Shown here one piece after another: positions 12,748 through 23,755 of a stretch of 64,000 nt of DNA (its first letter is position 1; every line of letters starts with the position of its first letter). The notes under the pieces were generated by a model that saw only the letters and a program-made list of their open reading frames with translations, searched no databases and was not told the DNA's origin. This DNA is from Heptranchias perlo. Its lineage: Eukaryota. The stretch covers positions 41,540,001 to 41,604,000 of the forward strand of contig NC_090329.1 in NCBI RefSeq assembly GCF_035084215.1, given 5' to 3'. A program made the position numbers and the translations under genes.

Positions 12748-13054
12748 TTCACCAAGGGTATGCTCAAGGGTGTTTGACGAAATGTCATGGTGTTCATTTA
12801 TCTTTTTTCGTATATTGGCACATTAAATGTATTCATTATCATCACAGCCACGTCTTGGCCTTTATTGCATCCTGAGTGTGAAGCCGCCCTTTCATTTGCT
12901 TCATCGTGAATGCCAAGACATAACAACACCCACTGGGCAGGTGTGCAATGGGTGTATTATGGTTGAAGGACAATTTTGTGTAAAGGGAAAGGTGGGGGGT
13001 GGTGGTGGTTGTTCCAGACGGCCTGAATATCTCAAATTCTTCAATTTGCACATC

Positions 13055-14257
13055 TCACGATGAGAACCTGTTAGAAATAAGGGAATCCCTGACATCACGG
13101 GCAGCAATGTGTGTGGCTGCTCTGGTGATGGGTTCCCCATCTTCATATTTCTCCTCATCATCTTCCTCTTCTTCAACTTTGCTGCCAGATGAAGATGTTG
13201 GATGAGCGCATTCGACCTCCTCCACCTATAACCCTCTCTGCTGCGCTATGTTGTGCAGGATGCAGCATACGACGATTATTCTGGACACCCTCGCTGGCGA
13301 ATACTGAAGGGCTCCATCAGATCTATCCAGGCACCTGAAGTGTATCTTCAACATGCCTACGGCTTGCTCAATGACACAACTGGTGGTCATGTGGCTCTGG
13401 TTGTACCACTGCTGTGTCTCATTGGTGGGGTTTCTCCCAGATGCCGTGAGCCACATTAGCAGGGGATATCCCTTTTCTCCAAGGAGCCAACCCAGTCTGT
13501 CTCCTGTCTGGAAGAGGTCTGGAATGTTGGACTGGTGCAAAATGAATGAATCATGGCAGCTGCCAGGGAATCTGGCACATACCTGCAGAAATCTCTTCTA
13601 GTGGGGTCGCACACCAGCTGCGCATTGATGGAATGATATCCCTTTTGGTTGATGAACAGTCCTGGCTCATGTGGAGGTCCTCAGATTGCTACGTGTGTGC
13701 AATCAATTGTGCCCTGCACCCGTGGGAAGCCACTGAGAGAATTGAAACCCACTGCCCTCTCAGTCTGGCTGATGTCGTCGCGGGGGATGTTCATCCATCA
13801 CCTGTCTTATACACTTATGTGCAGACGACAGACAAGCCCTGGAGATGTCACCGGTGGTGCCCTGGAAGGATCCAGAGGTGAAGAAATTGAGGGCAGTGGT
13901 GACTTTTACAGCGACGGGCAATGCGTGGCCACTAGACCCTGCCGGGAGCAGCTGTGCATGAAGGAGGCTGCAGATATCTGTGACCACCTGCCGACTCAAT
14001 CTGAGCCTGCTTAGGTACTGCTCCTCAGAGAGGCCAAGGAAGCTCAACCTCTGTCTGTACACCCTCTCATGTGGGTAGTGCCTCCTGTGACCTCGGCCTC
14101 TCTGTTGGTCCCCTCTCTGCTCTTCTCCAGATTCTCCATGTTGCACACCTCTGTTTTATGCACCTGCGGATCCCAGAACTGCATGCCATGCCTGCCTTGG
14201 ATGGTGATGTTCCTCCTCCTCAGATGTACTGTAGAATAAATCCATTGCACCCGCCAT
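13055..14257 (-). pseudogene. Harbinger DDE transposase (HARBI1-like), frameshifted
   Basis: YLSRLRLSRQVV, ALPVAVKVTTALNFFTSGSFQ, IDCTH, WLLGEKGYPL (E in place of the catalytic D), VIEQAVGMLKIHFRCL, IIVVCCILHN. Confidence 0.93.
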
Positions 14258-14819
14258 CCTGATCTTGTCAGTTTGAGGGGCTCCAAAATATTGGTAAATT
14301 TATCTGAAGACAAGAATTCTCAGTCTCAATAAAAAAAACTCTCAGTCTAAACACAAAGAATTCCCAGCCAAACGATTGCCTGAGGGAACTGAGTGACCAG
14401 CTGCAATACTTGACCTTTTATTGAGATGTGCCAATCACAGGTTTAAAGGGCCAAATGAGCTTCAGCTGCATCTCACCTCCATTTCAATGGCGTGTATCAG
14501 AAGCCACGGGAAACCTGTGCAGGAGAAGATAAATCTGTTTCTGTTGCAGAATCCACAAAAAATTAAGTAGCTTTACTGTTTAAATTACCTACATTGCCCC
14601 TTTAACAAGCTGGCCACTGGCATTAAGTGGGGACGGGATTCCTGGGTTTCTGCTGCCCGCGTGCATCCAAATGCACCTGGGCTAAGCCCGGGTTGTGGTC
14701 CCGGTGAAGAAATCAACAATTTTTACTACCCATCTGTCCCCAGTCCACCCATTCTTGAGGGTTAAAATTCCCCCCAACGTCTCAGGTAGATGACCTTTGA
14801 TCAGAACTGTGCTCCTACT

Positions 14820-15243
14820 AATAGATAGTTTGGGAAAAGCGGGGGTCATGCTCATAAGTAGGACTGGGTTAGATGTTATGCAGTTTCCAGGGGATAATAG
14901 ACCTATGGAACAAGTTGCTAGCTCGTGCGGTCAAGGCTGACTCTGCATACCTTCAAAAGAGAGCTGCACCAGTTCCTGGCTGGGACGAAAATCACGTCTT
15001 ATAAAAGGTTGGTGAAATACCAGTTAATATAAGCATGGTCAATGTGGTTTCTTGGACTAGTTTTGATTGCTAATGCCGGTTGGAGAGAAATTTTCCAGAT
15101 TTTTTCTCCCTAATTAGCCATGGGTTTTTAACTGTACTGTTGCCTTTCTGGGTAGGGGGTGGGTAGGGGATGTCTAATCACGATGGTTCAGGCTTGATGG
15201 ACCAGATAGTCTTTTCCTGCCCATTATTGTTGTACGTTTGTAT
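14820..15243 (+). mobile_element. Old CR1 3' fragment (different subfamily)
   Basis: tggaacaagttg...ccttcaaaagagagctg ORF2-end motif and tail cttgatggaccagatagtcttttcctg...ttgtatg. Confidence 0.6.
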
Positions 15244-15655
15244 GGTGGTGAGCACATCCATTTTCTTTTGGCAGTTTGTCTATTTTACGCCAGCTTTCCT
15301 GGGCTAGACACACAATGGTCTGATGAAAAAGTATAGGCCCTTTATTTCTTGTACCAGCAGTAATCTTACTTCGAGGTGGGGGTGGGGGGGGGAGTGGGAA
15401 GGTGGAGGTGGGTGAGAGGGGTATGGGGGGTAGATGAGAGAGGGCAGCAGTGTCCAGTTCCTGATTATGGATTGAAAGATATACCTTGTTGCCTAGCTGT
15501 GTCATGGAGGTATCTATAATCACCAGGGAGACATTACTATCAGGATCAGAGCTTTAGGTTTGGCTTCATGAACACTCTCTTTGTATCTCCAATCCATACA
15601 ACTCTATTAGCATCAAATCAGGACATGACAAATGCATGCTCAGCACAATCAATTA

Positions 15656-15820
15656 TGCAAAGTCCTCCTCATTAACACCTGGGGACTAGTGCCAAAGTTG
15701 GAGGAGCTGGTCCACAGACTAGTCAAGAACAGCCTGACATAGTCATACTCATAGAATCATACCTATCGGCCAACGTCCCGGACTCTTCCATCACTATCCC
15801 TGGGTATGTCCCGCCCCATC
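15656..15820 (+). mobile_element. Isolated endonuclease N-terminal fragment of LINE family B
   Basis: Matches the reverse complement of about 46590-46752 (tgcaaagtcctcctc...ccatcactatccctgggtatgtcc). Confidence 0.9.
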
Positions 15821-17219
15821 TCTCCTCATCGCTCAGATTTCTAACACTAAGGATCAGCCTTGTGGCTCTTCCTTGTGCTGCCTCCAGCGTTTGAGTATCT
15901 CTCTAATGGCATCTCTTGTGGGTGAAGTCACTGTAATGAAAATGATGCACAATTTCCTCGACTGGACTGCCTTCCCAAATTAAAAAAAAAGGTTTTATAA
16001 ACACTTTTTCATAGAGACAATGCCCCTTTAATTATTTTACTAATCGTCAAGTGAATAGCTGTTCCTAGAGTGAAAACCCAGCAAGGTGCAGTGCAATGAC
16101 TGTTGTTTGCATTAACAGGATTTAATAAACCACCTCGCAACTACAAATATTCTCCATGGTTGGCTCCCACGAAATAATGATTTATAATGCCATCTATCCA
16201 CATTCTCATGCAGAAAGAGAAACTGGTGTAAAATCCCAGAATGTTCCTTTATTATTTTGTAGCTCTTAAAAGGACATTTTGTAAATAAGGGTCAAGTCAC
16301 ACTTTTGAAATTGCTACAGAACTTCAGGCGTTTAAAAAAAATCCCAGATTCCATTATGATCTGCCAACAAAAAAGGGCTACTATTTGCAAATATGAATTG
16401 TTAGCTTTCAAGCTTTTGTCCATGGCAGTCCCCCATACAAATGCTAGTCACTAGCATTTATTACGATCACCGCAGCAGGGTAAGGATTACTGTAAGAAAA
16501 TACATTTTGTCTAAGTCTCCAAAGAACTCTACTGTATTGCTCCTTAATGATTTTAGTTCAGTTACAAAATGCATTCATTTTTCTACTGACAGTGAATACT
16601 CTGTAAAGCCAGCCAATTTTTTCATTCATTCAAGCCTGAAGAGGTTTCTCTGTGCGCTAAAAATACATTCAGCTTTTAGCTGCTTCTGCTTTATTTTTAA
16701 TTCTTCACAAATCCTGTATCAAGTCCCACAAATCAATGCATTTACTGGCAGAATCTCTCTCTGTGGTGAAGTAGCTGTCATTTAAGCCATGCTGTCTCCA
16801 CAAACAAAATGGTAAAAAAAGGAATTATAGAGTGCATGACTCACTTGTGAAGCAGCAAGGACAATATATCTGCGTTCCCTTGGGTTGTGCTTGAATACCA
16901 CACTCAAGCGAAATGTCACCGAATTTTGCTTTTCAAATGCAGATCCAAAAAAAGTTAGAGACACACAGAGGTTATAGGTCAGTGGCTGACGGTTTACCAA
17001 AAATAAACTACCAGAAATGGTGTAGCCGTACAGCTCATGAACAATATGCGATCAGAAAGTTATAGCCCCAGATATCAGACTGTGCCTGAAAACGGGTGCA
17101 CGGGGCACGGACTTCCCGCGCCAGTTACTATTAATGCAGGCAGCACGCAATATCTGTGCTGCCTGCGCTATTCATTGGCTGCACGCCTTTTTGGGTGGGG
17201 GTGGGGTCGGGGAGCGATA

Positions 17220-19195
17220 TTGGGAGTCCAGGACACTAATTAAAGATAATCTTTTCCCCCTAGGGGGCAGGAAGCCCTCCAGGCATCTACTCAGGAGGCA
17301 GTGGGGAGAGATCGCTGGGTACATCAATGCCAGAAGCATTGCCCCAAGAACATGGCTGCAATGCAGGAAAAAAATTCAATGACTTAACTAGAGCTGTTAA
17401 GGTAAGAAGACTCCTCTCATACTTGCTGATCACAGCTGCACTGCTCACAGGTTCATTCATTTCAGCACTCTCAACCCTGCCCTCCCCACTGCCCTGCACT
17501 GTCCTACAATCACTGCACCAATCTTCACTAAACCTCCTTCTCCTCACACTATTACAACCCTTACTTATCCACAACTCATATCTCACACACAGACTGTCAG
17601 CTATTTCACCATGACAGCCACGTTCGCCAAACACCTCACAAGATTTGCACGAACACACTTCACTCTTTCTTGCAGGAGAAGGTCACACACAACACCAGGC
17701 AACATGCTGCCACCGGAGGAGCAAGAGCCCATCTGCGCACCCTCTCCCCCCTTGAAGGGAGCTATAATGGGAAGGGGCAGAGTGGAGGCCGTGGCCACTG
17801 GCGGCACTGGAGGAGATGCTGTGCAGGGCTTCTTTATACCTTATCCTCTTTGTCTCTTCCCACTTCTCCCTCATCCCTCCCACTCTGCATGACCAGCTGC
17901 AGGTGCTTTCAATATCCACCTCTTTCTCTCATCCCTGCCTCACACCACAAGCTAACCCTTGTTCCTTTCTTTCATTTCAGCTGCTGAGAATGTCAACACC
18001 TCTCAGCCAGTGGAGGAAGTGGAGCCCAGCCTTCTAGAAGATGCACCATCACTTGGTCTGACTCGCAAGCACCAGCTCAGATAATGACGCCATGTTAGGT
18101 TAGAGGAGGTATCTGCACGTGGTGACTCACCAGGCACAAGCGTGCAGGAGCTAGGGTAGGGGGATCGGGCACCACCGGTTCCAGCTCGCCAGAGGGCGAG
18201 GTAGCTCACTAGTTCCGCTGCAGAGAATTCAGATGCAGACTTCGAGGGTCCAGGCTAGTGAAGAAGGTTCATGGACATACACTGGGCAATGCTTAGTGGA
18301 CTGGGCAGCCCGTCAGTTTGTGCACAATGTCACGGAGAATGGAGGAGTCCAGCTGTAACATGTCTCAAGGCTTTGTGCAGAGCATCTGTCCAACTTGGAC
18401 TGAGTGCTCAGCTCCATCAGCACTGCAGTGGAATCCACCATGATGGAACGTCTTATGATAACTCTGACAGGTCCCATGCCAAACCGCTGCCATGGAAGCT
18501 CAGACGGCTGCAATGGCTGCATGTACTGCTGTCATGGAAGCTCATAGGGTCACTGTGGCAGCTCACTGCTGCCATGGAAGCTCAGACGGCTGCAATGGCT
18601 GCATGTACTGCTGTCATGGAAGCTCATAGGGTCACTGTGGCAGCTCACTGCTGCCATGGAAGCTCAGACGGCTGCAATGGCTGCACGTACTGCTGTCATG
18701 GAAGCTCATAGGGTTACTGTGGCAGCTCACTGCTGCCATGGAAGCTCAGGCGGCTACTAAGGCAGCACGTACTGCCACTTTTGCTTTGGCGGCCACTGTT
18801 AAAAGGGGCTTCCAGAGCATCACATCACTCCTACAGTCTGTTCTCCAGCAGAGTCCTAGGAGTGTTGAGATGCCGTCCCAGGAGGGTGGGCTTCGCTCCA
18901 TGGGAGAGGCCCTGCTGTCCCCTCTCAGAATGACAGCATGCCTGCTCCCCCACCAGACACTCCGCCAGTCCCTTGATGGTGCCACTCAGCCAGCCGGCCT
19001 AGACTGCTGCAGTCGGGTCCTCCATGCCCAGAACTGCTTGAAGTTGTCCTCCAAGGCCATGTGAAGTGTTCTCAATGGAAGCTCAGCAACCTTTCACCTC
19101 CCAAGTAGTGGCCACTGGGGAAACACTTTGTAGGAGCACCAGGATAAGAAAGCGAGCGTACAAAACAGGCACAAAGGGCTTGCACAGAGGTGATT
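17220..19195 (+). pseudogene. Harbinger Myb/SANT gene remnant (spliced)
   Basis: LFPLGGRKPSRHLLRRQWGEIAGYINARSIAPRTWLQCRKK(F)NDLTRAVK followed by a gtaag donor; later MEAQTAA heptad region. Confidence 0.8.
18486..18750. repeat. 82-bp tandem repeat (42+40 bp subunits), three copies plus a partial
   Basis: catggaagctcag recurs at 18491, 18573, 18655 and 18737. Confidence 0.95.
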
Positions 19196-19399
19196 ATGTA
19201 ACCATTGAAAAAAAAAACTAATTTTGTTTGATAAATGTGGTTTTTGATCTGGATTTGATCTGGATTTGTTGTTGGTACTTGTCTTTGTAGTGAAATGAGG
19301 GCAGGACCAATAAGTTTGGAGTGAAGGAAGGCAATCTGATGGTGGTTATGAGAAGTGGGGTAAGCATCGTGGGACTGTTGGTGAATGGGGAATGGAAGG

Positions 19400-20748
19400 T
19401 CTGATTTAGTCGAAGCTCCTCGATGAGCTTGTCTCTGAGAGCTCGGGCAGATGGGAGGGTCTGGTGGATTTCCTCTTTTCCCATCTCCTCTTCCTGTTCC
19501 TCCTTCTGTACTTGTTGCTGCCCAGATGGTGGTAAGGGTTGGTCCATTATGATGGCGAAGTTGTGGAGCATGCAGCAGACAAGAAGAAATCTGGATACCC
19601 GATTGAGCAGGCCAATTGTTTTTTTTTATTCCATCATGGGATGTGGGCGTCGCTGGCGAGGCCAGCATTTATTGCCCATCCCTAATTGCCCTTGAGAAGG
19701 TGGTGGTGAGCCGCCTTCTTGAACCGCTGCAGCCCGTGTGGGGAAGGTTCTCCCACAGTGCAGTTAGGAAGGGAGTTCCAGAATTTTGACCCAGCGACGA
19801 TGAAGGAACGGCGATATATTTCTAAGTCGGGATGGTGTGCGACTTGGAGGGGAACGTGCAGGTGGTGTTGTTCCCATGTGCCTGCTGCTCTTGTCCTTTT
19901 AGGTGGTAGAGGTCTCGGGTTTGGGAGGTGCTGTCGAAGAAGCCTTGGCGAGTTGATGCAATGCATCCTGTGGATGGTACACACTGCAGCCACTGTGTGC
20001 TGATGGTGAAGGGAGTGAATGTTTAGGGTGGACAATGTTTCTTGTGACATCATGGCTTTCATTGTAGATATGTTCTGCAGCTGTGTGCGGGTTCCTTACT
20101 GGAGTCGTGAGCCATGTCTGGAGGATATAACCCTTGTCGCCCAATAACCAGCCTGTAACTTGGTTGGAATAAAAGTGGCATAGAGGACTGATGCAGGATG
20201 AAAAAGTCATGACTGCTGCCAAGATAGCGGGCACAGACCTACATGCGTGTGCAGTCAATGGCACCTTGCACCCTGGGGATGCCTACCATGCGTGCGAGAC
20301 CTAGAGCTCTCTCGTCCATGTCAATAGGGAAGGAGATGTTGGTGTTTCTCTTAGTGTAGAGAGCCTTGATGACCTCCCTGATACATCGGTGTACAGCAAG
20401 ATGTTGCTGATATCACCTACTGCAGCCTGAAAAGAGCCCGTGGCATAAAAGCTGAGGGTGACTATGCCATCTTTATTCCAACCAGGTCACCAAGTTACAG
20501 GCTGACCATACCCTGGTTTGAGGCTGCAGTTGTGGCTGTAGCTCGGTGACAGCCTCCTCGGTGAAGCAAAGGTGCTTCATAGATTGCTTCTCAGCAATAT
20601 TGATGTAGGAGAGGTGCTCCCTGAAGATCCCCTGTGGCCTCATGCACAATGCCCTCCTCCTCCGCTTCCTTCTTTTGGCAGCTTTTCCTGCTCTATGGTG
20701 TCTTCTTTGATGCTCCTCCTCATCCTCCACCCCCAAAGGCAGCCCCAT
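19400..20748 (-). pseudogene. Harbinger DDE transposase remnant, interrupted by a LINE
   Basis: HLCFTEEAVTEL, gccattgactgcacac (AIDCT), WLLGDKGY...TPVRNP, CMLHNFAI. Confidence 0.85.
19618..20031 (-). mobile_element. LINE family B 3' fragment nested in Harbinger copy 2
   Basis: Near-identical to 43880-44290; poly(A) appears as a T-run at about 19618-19627. Confidence 0.93.
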
Positions 20749-21446
20749 GAGACCACCCAGGTCTGCAGCCTGACTATTTTGTTGCTCTTTGCCTCAGCAG
20801 TGCAAGAGCAGCAAAACCTCTCTGTGCAGACAATGTGAACTTTGCAGAGTGATGCAACTCATCAAAAAACAGCAAGAAGTCAAGCAGTAGCCAGAAATAA
20901 TAAACCAGCAACTAACCTCTAAGTACTGCATGATCGCTTTAAATAGCGCTGGTGAGGAGGCCTTCCTGCCGGTTAGTGCCACGTTGTGCCGTGTGAGGTC
21001 AGCACGTGGCGAGTGAAGTGCTGGGGTGATCGAAAATAGGAAACGGGTCCTGCAAGAAGTGCACTATCCTAAATGACACACATTGCTGGCGTGTGCTCCT
21101 GCCACCACCTCGAGCTCCTGTACCAATATATCGAGCGGCGCACTTCTGGCTGAAAATGTATGCGTGCTTTGTAGGCCGCTTAGTGCCCCAAAAACAGACG
21201 CTATATGGCCAAATTTCTAAGCCGTTATGTTTTAAAAGAGAAAACTCCTTTTGCACAATAGTTTACAAAAGATATGGAAAATAAATATTTAATGGAGATT
21301 GCATCTTGAAATCTGGATATGCTGGTGATAGAGCTGTCAGATCCACAAGAAATTATTTTAATAAGTATATTTTTCAATTCACGTGACAGCTCAGACGTAA
21401 GTCTTCAGAAGTTTAATGTTTCATTGGATAGATTAACATATTCATT

Positions 21447-21972
21447 GAATCATAGAATCACAGAAGGAGGCCATTCAGTCCATCGTGCCTAAGCTGGCTC
21501 TTAGAAAGAGCTATCCAATTAGTCCCACTCCCCTGCAAAATTTTCCTTTTAGGTATATATCCAATTCTCTTTCAAAAGTTACCATTGAATCTGCTCCCAC
21601 CACCCTTTCTGGCAGTGCATTCCAGATCATAACAACACGCTGCGTAAAAAAATTTCTCCTCATCTCCCCCTTGACTTTTTTGCCAATTATCTTAAATCTG
21701 TGTCCTTTGGTTAACAACCCTTCTGCCAATGGAAACAGTTTCTCCCTAGCAAAATCCCTCATAATTTTGAACACCTCTATAAAATCTCCCCTTAACCTTC
21801 TCTACTCTAAGAAGAACAATCCCAGCTTGTCTAGTCTCTTCACATAACTGAAGTCCCTCATTTCTGCTACCATTCTAGTAAATCTCCTCTGCACCCTCTC
21901 CAAGGCCTTGACATCATTCCTAAATTGTGGTGCCCAGAATTGGACACAATACTCCAGCTGAGGTCCAACCAG
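21447..21972 (-). mobile_element. CR1 3' fragment
   Basis: KGHRFKI...RRNFFTQRVVMIWNALPE plus the CR1 tail. Confidence 0.93.
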
Positions 21973-22264
21973 TGAACACAAGGAATTTTATAGGTTATTT
22001 CTAAGAGTTCTAGTTTCAAATCCCCTTTGCAGCTGAGGGATCGGAATGAAGCTCCGAGATGAACAATATGGATTTAAAAGGGGATGTTTTAATGGATCGG
22101 GGCAGGGTTGTGTGGGTGGTATGGAGGGGCCGCGAATGTTCATGGTGCCCAAGTCCCAGGAGTTCTTAATCCGGCTCTGCCAGTAATTGGACGCTGAATG
22201 GCTAGCAGGGGGCAAGGATTTCTGATAAAAGCGACAGGCAGCTTGGGAAAGTTCTAGATGTGGA

Positions 22265-23755
22265 ATCATAGAAACATAGAAATGTTATAGCATGGAAGGA
22301 GGCCATTCAGCCCATCGAATCCACGCCGGCTCTATGCAAGAACAATCCAGCTAGTCCCACTACCCCACCCTATCCCCGTAGCCCTGCAAATTTTTTCCTT
22401 TCAAGTACTTATCCAGTTCCCTTTTGAAGGCCATGATTGAATTTGCCTCCACCACCCCCTCAGGCAGCGCATTCCAGATCCTAACCACTCGCTGTGTAAA
22501 AACGTTTTTCCTCATGTCACCTTTGGTTCTTTTGCCAATCACCTTAAATCTATGTCCTCTAGTTCTTGACCCTTCCGCCAACGGGAACAGTTTCTCTCTA
22601 TCTACTCTGTCTAGACCCTTCATGATTTTGAATACCTCTATCAAATCTCCTCGCAACCTTCTCTGTTGCAAGGAGAACAGCTCCAGCTTCTCCAGTCTAT
22701 CCACGTAACTAAAGTCCCTCATCCCTGGAATCATTCTAGTAAATCTCTTCTGCACTCTCTCATTTGATAAGGCCTTCAAATCTTTCCTAAAGTGCGGTGC
22801 CCAGAACTGGACACAATATTCCAGTTGTGACTGAACCAGTGTTTTATAAAGTTTCATCATGACTTCCATACTTTTGTACTCTCTGCCTCTATTTATAAAC
22901 CCCAGGATCCCGTATGCTTCTTTAACCGCTTTCTCAACCTGCCCTGCCACCTTCAATGATTTGTGCACATATACCCCCAGATCTCTTTGTTCCTGCAGCC
23001 CCTTTAGACTTGTACCCTTTAGTTTATATTGCCTCTCCTCGTTCTTCTTATCGAAATGTATCACTTCGCATTTTTCTACCTTAAATTTCATCTGCCACGT
23101 CTCTGCCCATTCCACCAGCGTGTCTATATCCTCTTGAAGTCTATCACTATCCTCCTCACTGGTCACTACCCTTCAAAGTTTTATGTCATCTGCAAATTTT
23201 GAGATTGTGCCCTGTACACTCAAGTCCAAGTATTAACATATATCAAGAAAAGCAGTGTTCCCAGCACTGACCCCTGGGGAACACTACTGTACACCTCCCT
23301 CCAGTCTGAAAAACAACCGTTCACCACTAGTCTCTGTTTCCTGTCCCTTAGCCAATTCTGTATCCATATTGCTACTGCCCCCTTTATTCCATGGGCCGCA
23401 ATCTTGATGATAACCCTACCATGTGATACTTTATCAAACGCCTTTTGAAATTCCATTTACACCACATCAACTGCATTGCCTTCATCTACCCTCTCCGTTA
23501 CCTCATCAAAAAACTCTATCAGGTTAGTTAAACACGATTTGCTGGCTTTCCCTAATCAATCCACACTTGTCCAAGTGACTCTTAATTCTGTCCCGGATTA
23601 TCGTTTCTAAAAGTTTCCCCACCACTGAGTTTAAACTGGCTGGCCTATAGTTGCTGGGTTTATCCTTACACCCTTTGCAATTCTCCAGTCCTCTGGCACC
23701 ACCCCTGTATCTACAGATGTTTGGAAGATTATGGCCAATACCTCCCGAATTTCCA
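22265..23755 (-). mobile_element. CR1 LINE, 5'-truncated RT region
   Basis: FQKAFDKVSH, VPQGSVLG, LQEDID...W...WQMKF, DLGV, LEYCVQFWAP, WNALP; tail (ttctatg)n. Confidence 0.96.

Larger units (their letters stand above)
10698..14775. mobile_element. PIF/Harbinger DNA transposon, full-length, inactivated (copy 1)
   Basis: TIR-like ends gggcatgatttt and aaaattcccccc; convergent Myb/SANT and DDE nuclease genes; clean interruption of a host repeat at gagttaa|cgt. Confidence 0.95.
10605..14809 (-). mobile_element. Short Penelope-type repeat with decayed hammerhead motif, split by the Harbinger (pieces 10605-10697 and 14776-14809)
   Basis: The rejoined minus strand reads cagttctgatcaaaggtcatctacctgagacgttaactctccacagatgttgcctgacctgctgagtgcttccagcac, a degenerate CUGAUGA-stem-GAAAC-GUUA motif plus tail. 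Confidence 0.65.
17064..21224. mobile_element. PIF/Harbinger transposon, decayed (copy 2, different subfamily)
   Basis: Myb remnant on + and nuclease remnant on -, convergent; degenerate termini agccccagatatc and aaatttctaagccg. Ends approximate. Confidence 0.85.

Noticed and set aside
13055-14257. Domesticated host HARBI1 gene
   Set aside because: It is frameshifted, lies between TIRs with a Myb partner and occurs in several copies, so it is a transposon pseudogene; no gene symbol assigned.
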